Shown piece after piece: positions 37,446 through 48,116 of a DNA stretch of 64,000 bases. The position numbers were made by a program, and so were the translations under genes. Under the pieces are notes generated by a model. The model searched no databases and had not been told where the DNA came from. It saw only the letters and a program-made list of their open reading frames with translations. The stretch is taken from NCBI GenBank assembly GCA_973895155.1, contig OZ316893.1, positions 18,976,857 to 19,040,856 on the forward strand. The letters are read 5' to 3'. This DNA is from Marsupella aquatica. Taxonomy: Eukaryota; Plantae; Marchantiophyta. Numbering within the stretch: the stretch's first letter is position 1; each line of letters starts with the position of its first letter.

Positions 37446-40200
37446 TGTAACGCCGATGACATGGTCCTTATTCTATAATCTGAGTAACTAGGCTGTTGTA
37501 TGCAAGGAGTAGCTATTGATATTGCATAACAATTAGCAGGCTGGCAAGAATAAGGGCAATCATGGCGTTAAGAGTAGGGATAAATGTATTTCAACTTGAA
37601 GACTGCACAACCAAGGCAGACACAATTGAGGTAGTCACTATCAAGGCCACAAAGGAGAAACTGGGGAAGAGAGGATTCAGCTCTTCAAGCATACCATCTT
37701 CTTGACAAGCAAGATGGAGCATGGAGGCTCTTCAAGACGCCGGTACGGAGGTAGGCGTGGTAATTCAAGGAAGCGAGTCTCCATAGCTGAATATGAAGTT
37801 GTGGGGTATGGTGATTGTGCTCAGGATGAAATCTAAATGTCTTGGGTGTGTAGCTTCATTTTGTTAGTTAGGTTAGTGGTTCATAGTCTAGTCTTAGAAT
37901 GTTAGGGAAATAAAAGGCTATATCACGGGTGGTCGACGACCATATCTCATTCAATACGTCACCAAATCCAGATCTATAAAGAGCATTGGAAAGATCTGGT
38001 CAAGGCGAGTAAAATCAATATAAAACACTTGGGAAACAAAGGTGTATTAAGAAAGATACGACCTTATTAGTGTGACGGGTTAACTTGTGGCTGGAATGAG
38101 CGGATTCGGCTTCGGTTTCGGGTTACCCTAAGCTGAGGCCACAGCTTAGCTCAGGTCAGCTCGGCTTCAGCTTAGCTCAGGTCAGCTCGGCTTCAGCTTA
38201 GCTCAGGTCAACACAGCTTCAGCTTAGCTTAGGTTAACACGGCTTCAGCTTAGCTCAGGTCAGCACAGCTTCAGCTTAGCTCAGGTTAACACGGCTTCAG
38301 GTTAGGCTTAACCTGAACCCGGGTTAGATTGAGCCCGGGTTAGACAGAACTTCGGTTAGCCTAAGCTCGGGTTCGGGCTCAGCTTAGCCTAGGTTAGCGG
38401 ATAGCGGGTAGCAGCCTAACCCGAGACCACGGGTTAGCTCTAGTCGGGCTAGATAGGATAGCTAGGTTAGCTAAACTCAGATTAGCTATGTAACTCGGGT
38501 TAACGCAGTGGTGAGTACCCCCTCTTGGTTACGGGGGTATAACTTTCTGTGTATTTGACCAAATCGGCTATAATTGACCTCGTTGGAAAGAGGAGCTCAA
38601 GCCGCTTCCAACGCTGCTATCAACGCAGCAAATGGTTGAATAGGGAAATCGGGAGAGGAGGCGCAAGCTCACAAAAACCATGGAAGAGGGCCAAATCCGA
38701 AGTACATAGTCAATTTGAGATAGAAATAAAGTTGCGAGTTAGGGTTCAGTAGTTAGAGATAGTGGCGGCTCTATTAGGGCTGGGATGGGGCTCCAGCAGC
38801 GTAGTATCCACCCATTTGGGCTCAGTATGAGAGTATATAGAGCAGCCCCCCGGTAGAGGCAGGGGGACTTCAGTTGTGTGATCTCACGTAGACTAAGCAA
38901 CAGGGAGGAGCTCTGTGCAAGGAAGGCTGGACTTGGAAGCTGTGTGTTGGGGAGAGCTTGGTTGTGCTATTACTCAGGGAGTAATTAGCCACGCTTCACA
39001 GCAACAATTGGCCAGGTTTGCAAGCTGGATTGTGGCTCTTTCTAGTAGGCAACACAATTGGGTTCTTTTCCCCCGATATAGAGCCTTGGTGATAGGTGAT
39101 GTGTTGGTGATTGTAAACTATAGGGAGGATTTCAATAAAATTTGCGGTGAGCACATTAGGAAGGCTGAGACACTAATTGAGGGGCAGCAGGAGGAGCATT
39201 TACAGTTCAGTCTGGCAAGGCTACGTGATCCATGGGGAGTCCCGGCCTTTGTCTGGTAGAGAGCACTAAGGGATTTATGGCCAGAGCTGAGCTTGTAGGG
39301 CAAGCATGAGGCCGGGCCTTCTTGTAGTCTGGGGTAGATCGCCGTTAGGCCCGGTACCAGCTTTGAAGTCGAGTCAACTGTGCATGTGTAACTTGACATT
39401 CTGAAATGTAGGTGTGAGATCTGTGCGTGCCCCCAAGAATGAAGTGCAGTGAAGGAGGTTGAATTCAGGATTGAGTTTGCAAGGCAAGTACGGGATTGGT
39501 TCGAGTACAATCTGCCGTCACAATCTGGAGTGAGCCGGGCTCAGGTTCAGGATTGAGCTTGCATGGCAAGCACAAGGCTTGCAGGGCAAGCACGTCCCAA
39601 TCTGGAGGAGACAACCTTCGGGCCTATTGTTCGGATCAAGTATTCTCAGTGAACTATTGTGCACATCTTTGAATCTAATTGACTTTTCCTCTCAGGCCTC
39701 ATTTCTCTCATGGATGTGTGTGTGTGTGAGGCAATCTGAGTGTATGATGGGACTAGCAACGCCACTGAGAGGTGTACCGGGTGCATTGAAGTGGGTTGGG
39801 TGAGGGCTGTAATAGCTCTGATTGCTGAGAGTGGAATGGCAGAGTGGTGGGGCAATGGCTTAGAAGTCCCTAAGCCGGGAATCAATCATGAGTCACTGGT
39901 TTATGGGTACATTCCCGTGGCCCTATGAGGAAACACATGGGGCAAATCCCTGCCCATTGGATCCGAGGGAGGGAAGATCTTTGAACAAAGAAAATGTAAC
40001 TAATGAAACCTATATAAAAATCCTCAAATCTTGATTTTATAATTATCTCAAGGATATCAAGTATTGTCAAAATGTGTTTTTTTCTAAATAACAAGACAAA
40101 TTTTTATTGTTTCAAAAATAATAACAAGGGGTACTAGACGGGGGTCCGTTCACAGGGGGTAGAGATTTTTTACTGGGAGTAGGGGCCTAGGGTACGAGCA
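37446..40200 (+). mobile_element. Gypsy-type LTR fragment (possibly composite) inserted into the copia integrase
   Basis: Begins TGTAACGCC. TATATAGAGCAGCCCCCCGGTAGAGG at about 38834-38859. Possible LTR end CCGTCACA at 39522. Copia resumes at about 40208 (DYSYMKVFGCDAYV). There is no clean TSD and the right boundary is approximate. Confidence 0.65.
38142..38297. repeat. 26-bp tandem repeat x6 (CAGCTTAGCTCAGGTCAGCTCGGCTT)
   Basis: Six contiguous units. Units 3-4 and 5-6 alternate as a dimer. Degenerate GGGTTAG/GCTTAG-rich sequence continues to about 38500. Confidence 0.92.
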
Positions 40201-40207
40201 TCAAGAG

Positions 40208-40523
40208 GATTATTCATATATGAAGGTTTTTGGATGTGATGCTTATGTGCTTTTACACCTTCCCAGCTTCGGTTTAAGTTGGAGTCCAAGTCAAGGAAAT
40301 ATATTTTCTTGGATCTCAGAAAGGTGTAAAAAGTTATCGGTTATGGGATTCAGTAACCCCTAAATTAATGTTTCCTTTAATGAATCCAGATCATCAAAAG
40401 AGGGGGAGAGTTCTCAACGCTCTCATACTGACAAGGGAAAAGCTCCTATCCCAGACCCAGTTGGGGGGAGATAAGTCATGATGATGTTCATGACAAGAGA
40501 GAAAGAGATGCTCCGGGTATGGA
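40208..40523 (+). pseudogene. pol: Copia integrase C-terminal (SH3-like) fragment
   Basis: DYSYMKVFGCDAYV...KLESKSRKYIFLG...GVKSYRLWDS. Confidence 0.85.
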
Positions 40524-43500
40524 CACTAGTAGAAACCGGGGTAATTTAGACCATACCTTATAGGACTAAGCCCACTAAGTCCTTCTTCCATACTTTAAAT
40601 GACTTGCACCCATTGCCAAGGTTTTGTTAAAGACTATAAAAGACTTTGAGTGTTTTCCGGTTTAGTTAAAGACTATGAAAAGTAACCTTGCTACTTTGTG
40701 AAGGGTGAACACTCTAGGACATCATGGGTTTTGTTCTTGGAATCACTCTAAAGGTCCACACAAAGACTAGTATAAGACAAAGTCTTACAAGGGTTCATGA
40801 TAAGAGTATACTTAAGAAGGACCGCGCGACATCCTACTTTTGGGCCTAAGTGCTTAAGGACATGCCTTGTATATATCACCAACCTTAACTAACATTGCAC
40901 CATAAATATCCATGTAACGGGTACTTTTCATAACTTAGGGTACAACTGTACTGGAGGGCTTAGGGTGGTTTCTAACCAGAACCGGAACTAATGCATCACT
41001 ATAACCCTAGCTAGGTACAACTCCCACACCATGATATATTCCGCATTGCCAACTAGTGTTGTTTTGACAGGGTCATGGGCACTAATTGACACAATGAACA
41101 GTCCACAACTTGATTGATTTGAGTGTAAATGATGGTGCCTTTTGATCCAAGATTAATTCCACAAGGGGGGGGGGGGAGGGTTAGGGGGGCCCACAACTAA
41201 TTAAGTGGCCATGACTTTGTCACCAAAGGGATTTATTTAAAGTTATCCTTAACCCTCTTTAGTTTTGTGTGTTGCCTAACACTCTGGCGCAAACGTACTT
41301 ATTATGCTCAACGGGTCACCTCAACGGAAACGAGCTTACATGACTGCTTGCACTAAGTATTGGGTTAGGGTGAGTGTGCTTTGGTCATCAGGTGATTATT
41401 GGGTTTTTGTGAAGGGAACTATCGAGTACTTGCGCCCATGTGTTCGGGCCCCATTGTGCGACAGAACATTGTGCTTTGCTTCTATGAGTGGAGCATACGA
41501 GTAGGGTTTAGGGTTAACATTTTGCGAGGGAAGCTGGGAGGCGATTGTAGTCAATTGTTGCCATCCACTCCTGCGAGCGCTTTTGACAGTTCTACCTGCA
41601 TGCCCCTTACAATTGTTTGGACAAAGGAGTTCAGTAAGTGGTTTGCGCTGGTTTGGGACCTTGACAGTCGTGAGGTGGTAAGGACATTGAGGCATCCCTG
41701 AGAAGCGCTTGATGGTAAGGACATTGAGGTGTTGGAGACATTGAGGCGTTGCGGACATTGCCTTAGAGGCTCTTGAGGCCAGTGACAGCTTTTGGCGCGA
41801 AGGCAAGCGGAGATTTGTCTCCTGCCTGAGAGCTGACAGCTTCGGATTGAGACAACGTGGGCGCACCAAGATTCAGAGAAGACTGACTGGCTGGGACCGA
41901 CCGGTCTTGGGAAGTTGCAGCCGTGGAGGGACCGGGAGCGCTAAGGTACATTGCAGCTACGAGCAGCAATGCACCTGCCATAGTGACATTGAACTGCCCT
42001 GAATCACCCTGGTTAGTCCAAACTTCCATTTGCAAGTTAGTTTTGGTAGTGGCTTTGGTTTTCTAGGCGGAATGAGCTCCGATGCCATGCATTAAGAATG
42101 TGGGAAATGCTATTTTGTAGCTTGCTACCTCATAGTGCTAATTTCAACTTCAGGTTTGCGTGGTTTTGGGCGATAAGCTTGTGGCTCATTCGGACTGAGT
42201 GACCTTCCTGCGGGCCCTGCCCTAAGTGTTCACACTTCTCGCCGTCCCAAACTGCGAAAGGCTTCTCCCCATTCTGTATCCCTGCTTCAGTAATTGTATT
42301 GAGGTCTTTCAATCAGTCTCATAGGGGAGGTCATTGTCTTCTCTGTAAGTTGTTGCTCCTATCGCACTACCAAGCTTGTTGAAGGGAGCTACTATCGCGA
42401 GCTGCTACCATTGCGAGCTACTACCACCGCAAGTTGTTGAGGAGAGGGCCAATTGTTTGCGAAAGGATTTCCAGATTGTGTCGGAGGTCCAGATTTCTTG
42501 CTTGTGGGTCCCCATGTTTGCAGTTTTTTCCTGGCTTCTTGCGCAGTGCTCCGACGTAGTACCCATGATGCTAGTCTGAACGGATTCATGAGTTGTGACT
42601 GATTTGCTGTTCAAATGATGTCTTCAACTAGAGCTACAATTAGTGTCTGTGGAGCTACCAACCAGGTCCAGGTGTGATTGAGGTCAGTTCAACTGTTGGG
42701 TTGCCCGAATGTTCCGTTGCCATCATTTGTAACCACGAGCAATGGACTTTAGAGGCGGGATTTTCTAGGGATTTCTGCTCAACCCTTTGCTGGCTTTCTA
42801 CTTTGAGGTCTATTTTGGGGTTCGGGCAAAGGGCGGAGGGCAAAGATCAAGCATTGCAGTTTTGCTAACGCTGCATGGTGGAAATTGGACCAGCCAACTC
42901 CTTGTCTACGGTGTTGTGGAGCTGGGCGAGCTGCGACAAGGGACCAAGCCAGGTGACCTGTGAATCAAAGCCCATTGACCGCTGCTGAAGGTTTGATGTT
43001 CTATATTTGAAGCTCTCGTTTGCTTTCTATTTGTCAGTCTTTCACAGCTGCGCATTAGTGTTGGCCCTATCCTCCGTCCCTCTGCTGGCCTGCTACTGAC
43101 ATTTGGTTAATCATAGTTGTTCACTGCTGTGCATTAGTGTTGGCCCTATCCTTCGTCCCTCTGCTAGCCTGCTACATTTGGTTAATCAAAATGCAATGTC
43201 TGTCTGAGTGAGCTGATCATCTCCAATGTAGTATGGGCTTGGGATTTACATATATGTTTCCTGCTTCCAGCAGATAGGCAATTGCTTCCAAGCTCTTTGG
43301 TGCAGACGTCTCTATGGAATGCAATGCCCTATATGCCAGAGCTTTCATATATTGGCATGTTCACATTTGCTCTTGGAATATATGATCCCGAAAGCTTCAT
43401 GAGCAGTTTATGTTCAGAATTCTGTTTATGTTATTGTTTCCGTCAATTGCAGCTTGGATTTTTGAATATATGTCCTGTCATTGATGATAGAGGGTGGTTG

Positions 43501-44729
43501 AGATTGGTTTTCTTTCTTCTTGGTAGTGGGTCAGTGTGTTGGCATTTTCCTCATGTCACTCATTCTCATCGGACGAGCTGCGGATTGGTACTGAATAGTC
43601 ATTTAGCCTATTGCTGCCTCCCACCGCCATTGCCGATTGCCGCTATCATCGTGTATTGCTTGCTTGCTTGCCACTGCCTTTGTTGGTTGCCACCCTCTTC
43701 ACACTCTCTCGCATCTATCTTCCGATATGAATGCGCAGCCAAGCCCAGCAAAAGCTCTGTCCCTACAATCCCTCCCAAATCAACTTCCTTGTTTCTTGCT
43801 GCTCATGATCACCGCATTGTTCTTCCCTATTTTTGTTTACTTATTGGTCTCTCCACACTTGTTGCTTCACATGACTATTTTGCTCCTCCCTGGATCCGAA
43901 CATGCCTTGTGCCCAATGCTCCCACGGTGGAGTGGGGTGGTGAATAGACGACCTCAACACCATTGCAATCACATTTGGATGGGTTAGTTTTTTGCAGCTT
44001 AAACCTGTCGGGATTTTGCGCTTGTGGCGACGCTATCCTTTCTGCCACTTCATGAGTTTGTTTATGCTGCAGTGGGCGGTCTTGCGCAACTCAATGAGCC
44101 AATTTCATTTTCCCTGTGCACTTCTATTTCTCAAAGAATTCCCTGGTCATGCTCATTTGCCCCAGAGTTAGAAAACAAAGAAGAAGAAGAGCTGACTAAT
44201 TGTAATTCCAATCCATATCCTAATCGGTCAAGGATTGTGAACTACATTGGCCTTGTCATTGGCCGAGGTCACCAAATTTTGCTTGGTTTCATTCCTGTGG
44301 AGCACTGTTGTGATGGATGAATAGTTGTCGTAGCATTCTGCAAACTCTCACGGTTTGCTTATGGCCATTATTTGCAATTTGCTGCTACTAATATGTCTCC
44401 GACTGAGCAGCATACACCGGAAGTAAGCAATAGTGGAGGTTTAACTACACATCAACACATCCAGTGAACTACCTCTCTGCTGCTCACTGGAGGGTGAGAC
44501 TTTCACTCTTTCTGGATATTGTAGTTTGTAAGCAAGTTGATTAGGAGTGTTTCATGCTATGTTTACATTGTGACCCCTAGCTGGAACCAATGGAATGACA
44601 CAGTGAGTGGGAACTGATAATTTAAGGTTGGTTGCTGTTGGTGAGGCAAGTACAGCTCCTGCTCACCTTGCTGATCGAAGGTGCTTATCAGAGGACGTGA
44701 ACACACGACACTCCACAAAAGCAACACTT

Positions 44730-45179
44730 ATGGTGAGGACCCGCAATGCTGAACATGTGCGGCTTGCACGCAAGGCAGAGATGTTGCACCTTGAGTATGT
44801 CAGACTTGGGATCCTTCCAGCCCAGTCTGCATGGTACTTTGAGTACCCAGTTGTTGCCAGGAATAACTACAGTCGCCCTATACCTGCTTCTCCACCCTTC
44901 CCAACATCCTTGGTATTTTTGTCTTTCGTACATGACCCGCCACAAATTAGGGCCCAAGGGTGTGTGCACAATTGCCAGTATGACTGTCCTGCCTGTAGGG
45001 CTTCTGGCCTAGAGTTGGATGACCGTTCTCTTGGATGTCGGTTTTTTCATAGAGCATAGTGTATCATCTGGAACCACTCGCCATCCTGTAGTGTGCCTGG
45101 CGATGTCACTTGTCCTGCCCTCCCAGACCCCACCACCGGTCACTTTGGTGTCTACACATGTTTGGATCACACGTTGTAG
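44730..45179 (+). pseudogene. Cys/His-rich hypothetical ORF, copy 2 (premature stop at 45057-45059)
   Basis: Homologous to 30520-30969, with a Gln codon replaced by TAG. Confidence 0.4.
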
Positions 45180-45848
45180 AAGACCACTTGTCACACCGCA
45201 TGCACAGACCAGAGACCATTGACCTATAACTTAACACTTTGACTTGAACAGAGAGGATATTTACTTAAGATTTTGAATTATGAGCAATTTTGGGTCCAGG
45301 GTTTACGGTCAACAGTACATAACTTATCCTATTATGGCTGCACTAAGTACAATATCCTAATTTAAGAGGCTAGCAAGCTCACTTAAAAGTCTCCTTTCAA
45401 AGACTGGAATTAATGGGCCATGTGATAACCTGGAAAAAGTGATTTATGCCTAACTTATTTGTCTTATTCACTATCATAGCCTATTTAGGATGTATAAATT
45501 ACAACCCTGATCACACTGCTTGATACCAATCCTGTTCAAAAAATGCCTGTTTTACATGTCACGACTGTTATATGTGATTCAAATGCATTAAATCTTGTTG
45601 CAGATCTCCTTTGGTGAATCATAGCCACAAAATTGAGGTGTAGGTGGAGCTATTGTACGAGGGGATCAGTTTTTAGTGTGGGCTCAACAAACCAAAAAGT
45701 ATATCTACTCTGCACATGTGTGTGAACATTTCATTGCAGTAGCAATTGCCACTCTAGTCTATATGCTACACTGTACTTTTTGTACACTACACTAAATTGT
45801 ATTGTCTGTGCACTCTGCTAAATTGTACTGTCTATCTCAGGCGTAGGC

Positions 45849-46529
45849 ATGGCACGCCCTAAAATCCGAGCCAAGAAGCGGGAGACAGAGGTGAGCAACA
45901 CAGGTGTAGTTGGGCCAGATGGTATTAACTTCTCTGCAAGTCAGATTTTCCAGAAGGCAGCTCATTGTTGTGCCATTTGTGACGATGGTGGTGGCTTAGC
46001 CATATGTGAGGGCCCTTGCATGAGGCATTTCCACCTCAACCCGGAGTCTGACCTTGCTGCAGAAAACAACTGTCCAGGGGTGGGCCTCCCGTCAGCACAC
46101 CAGGGAGGCTGGATGTGCACTGATTGTTTGGAGAAGCAGGCTAAGTGTGCACAGTGTGGGAAGTTGGGGTCTTATGAGGGCTCTGTTGATGCTCCACCAC
46201 TTGTTAGGAAATGCCCTGACAGATATTGTGTGAGGTTCTTTTGTTTTTCATGTTTGCCCGATCTTGCCACAGCTTGCCCACTTCATAAGTGCAAGGCATG
46301 TGGTCAGCACGATGAAGATTTCTGGGTGGACATAGTCCACTGTGTTAGGTGTCCCACCATGTGGCACTTTCATTGTTTGAAGGAGCGTCAAGCAGAAGGC
46401 TATGCTTGTGACAGACACATCTATGATCACTCTGCACATGGTGTTGATCGATGGATCTTCTATTGTCATCGCCATGCCATAGATCCTACTTTGCACACTC
46501 CCATGAGAGATCACATTTCTTGGCTTTGA
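45849..46529 (+). CDS. EDM2-like composite PHD-finger protein (CACTA cargo), copy 2
   Basis: 226 aa, with 4 amino-acid differences from copy 1 and all Cys retained. The N-terminus MARPKIRAKKR is NLS-like. Confidence 0.85.
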   Translation: MARPKIRAKKRETEVSNTGVVGPDGINFSASQIFQKAAHCCAICDDGGGLAICEGPCMRHFHLNPESDLAAENNCPGVGLPSAHQGGWMCTDCLEKQAKCAQCGKLGSYEGSVDAPPLVRKCPDRYCVRFFCFSCLPDLATACPLHKCKACGQHDEDFWVDIVHCVRCPTMWHFHCLKERQAEGYACDRHIYDHSAHGVDRWIFYCHRHAIDPTLHTPMRDHISWL

Positions 46530-47127
46530 ACCTGAATAATGTACATGCATAGTGCACCTGATGTGGATACCTTGGAGATTGCAGACATTCCAATTTTGAG
46601 AAGAAGGACCTCTGTAGGAGAGGATGCTTAGGCAACAAGTACCCTAAGTTCATTACTTGTTCCTGGGTACATGCCTTCAAAAACTCCCCTTAAGCCTTCT
46701 AGGAACTTTTTTAACTCTGCAATCATTTTGATCACGACTTACATGACACTGCTTAAATTAAATCAGGACTTCTCATTATGAGCATATAAGTTACAAGGCT
46801 ATTTAATTTGCGAGAATTCCCTTAAAGTGTACCAACATTTTGTATTGTCATTGAATGTCTGCCCATTTACAACATCTGTATGTGGCATCACAAAACAATT
46901 GCACTTGTCACCTTCAATATTGTGAAGGCACATATTCAAACTATGAGGTGCATGCTTGCAGGTGTCTAGTACGTTTGTCCCAATATTTCTCCCGTTTGGA
47001 ATCGGAGCAGAGACTCACCAGACGACTGGACTGGACCAAGTTATAAATGCAGCATTTTAAGGGCCCTTCGATTATCAGGTGAACGCATTATCTTCCGGTC
47101 TGCAGTGATTAGGTGGCCCGTGTGTAC

Positions 47128-47976
47128 ATGGCCTCTAGGAAACGTACAAAGGTTGACCACCCGCCTCTGTTGGCTGGAATCAAAGCCATTTTGATTCCTG
47201 ACCACTATGGGTTCACCCAAGTGAGTTGGCCAATCGTACAAAAACGATTCTCAGAGTTCCATGGGACTGAAGTCAAGGACATCACTCCACAGACTACACA
47301 TGTTGTTGCGGGGACATGGCTGGATGTGATGAACAAGTGGTCATGGTCCTTCATTGATTCTGCCATTACCAACCAAGGTCTAAAAGTAGTTGAAGTCTCT
47401 TGGCTGACCGATTCTGTTAAACATAGGTGTGTACAGAGTACTGAGCAATATGAGTTGTGGGAGAGTGAGGAGGCCACTGCAGAGGCTTTGGCTGAAAAGG
47501 AAGCCTATGAAGCAGCGGCAGAGAAACCCAACTTTGCTTCTGTCCAATATGGACCTGTTGTCAACATAGGACACCATCCTATGCGTGCAGATGCTATATT
47601 GAATGAGCATGGCAAGGAGAGAAATACCATTATGAAGGGGTTCAGTGTGGTATTTGCAGAAGAAGGAATTGGGGAGACTAAGTGCAGATTGTACAAGTCT
47701 ATAGTTGTTGAGCTAGGTGGGACAGTGGAGGAGAGTCTAACAGAAACCTCCACTCATGTTGTAGGTCTGTCATACATGAAAATATGCAGAAAATTCTTTA
47801 AGACAACAGTGCATGATTTTGTCATGAACAACAATCTTTGGGTGCTTTCCCCTGATTGGCTTCTAGAATCAGCAGCTAGAGGGAAGCGACAGAATGCTTG
47901 GGACTTTGATATTTTTGAGGCCTGGCCCTCCAAGATTCAGCGGAGATGTATGCTTAGCAAAGGTGGGAGAGAGTGA
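47128..47976 (+). CDS. Tandem BRCT-domain protein (CACTA cargo), copy 2
   Basis: Intact, with 2 amino-acid differences from copy 1. First ATG at 47128. Confidence 0.85.
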   Translation: MASRKRTKVDHPPLLAGIKAILIPDHYGFTQVSWPIVQKRFSEFHGTEVKDITPQTTHVVAGTWLDVMNKWSWSFIDSAITNQGLKVVEVSWLTDSVKHRCVQSTEQYELWESEEATAEALAEKEAYEAAAEKPNFASVQYGPVVNIGHHPMRADAILNEHGKERNTIMKGFSVVFAEEGIGETKCRLYKSIVVELGGTVEESLTETSTHVVGLSYMKICRKFFKTTVHDFVMNNNLWVLSPDWLLESAARGKRQNAWDFDIFEAWPSKIQRRCMLSKGGRE

Positions 47977-48116
47977 GGAGTAGGAGTCCCTCATATTTTT
48001 ATATAAATCACAATTTTGTAATAAATGTGATCCTTGAACTAACTCATCTTGTCATGGTTGGTCGTAGTTGAAGTGATTGTTGTTTCCTGCTGCGTGGGGT
48101 GTGACTGTGAATCTAC

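Noticed and set aside
38142-38297. 26-bp repeat array as CRISPR
   Set aside because: The units are contiguous with no unique spacers. It is an ordinary LTR minisatellite.
39526-39542. TGGAGTGAGCCGGG as a PBS after the candidate LTR end at 39522
   Set aside because: It does not match a plant tRNA 3' end that I can recall, and no gag follows.
43282-43947. 221-aa hydrophobic ORF in the copy-2-specific region
   Set aside because: TTG start, low-complexity L/C/F content typical of non-coding T-rich sequence, no motif, and absent from copy 1.
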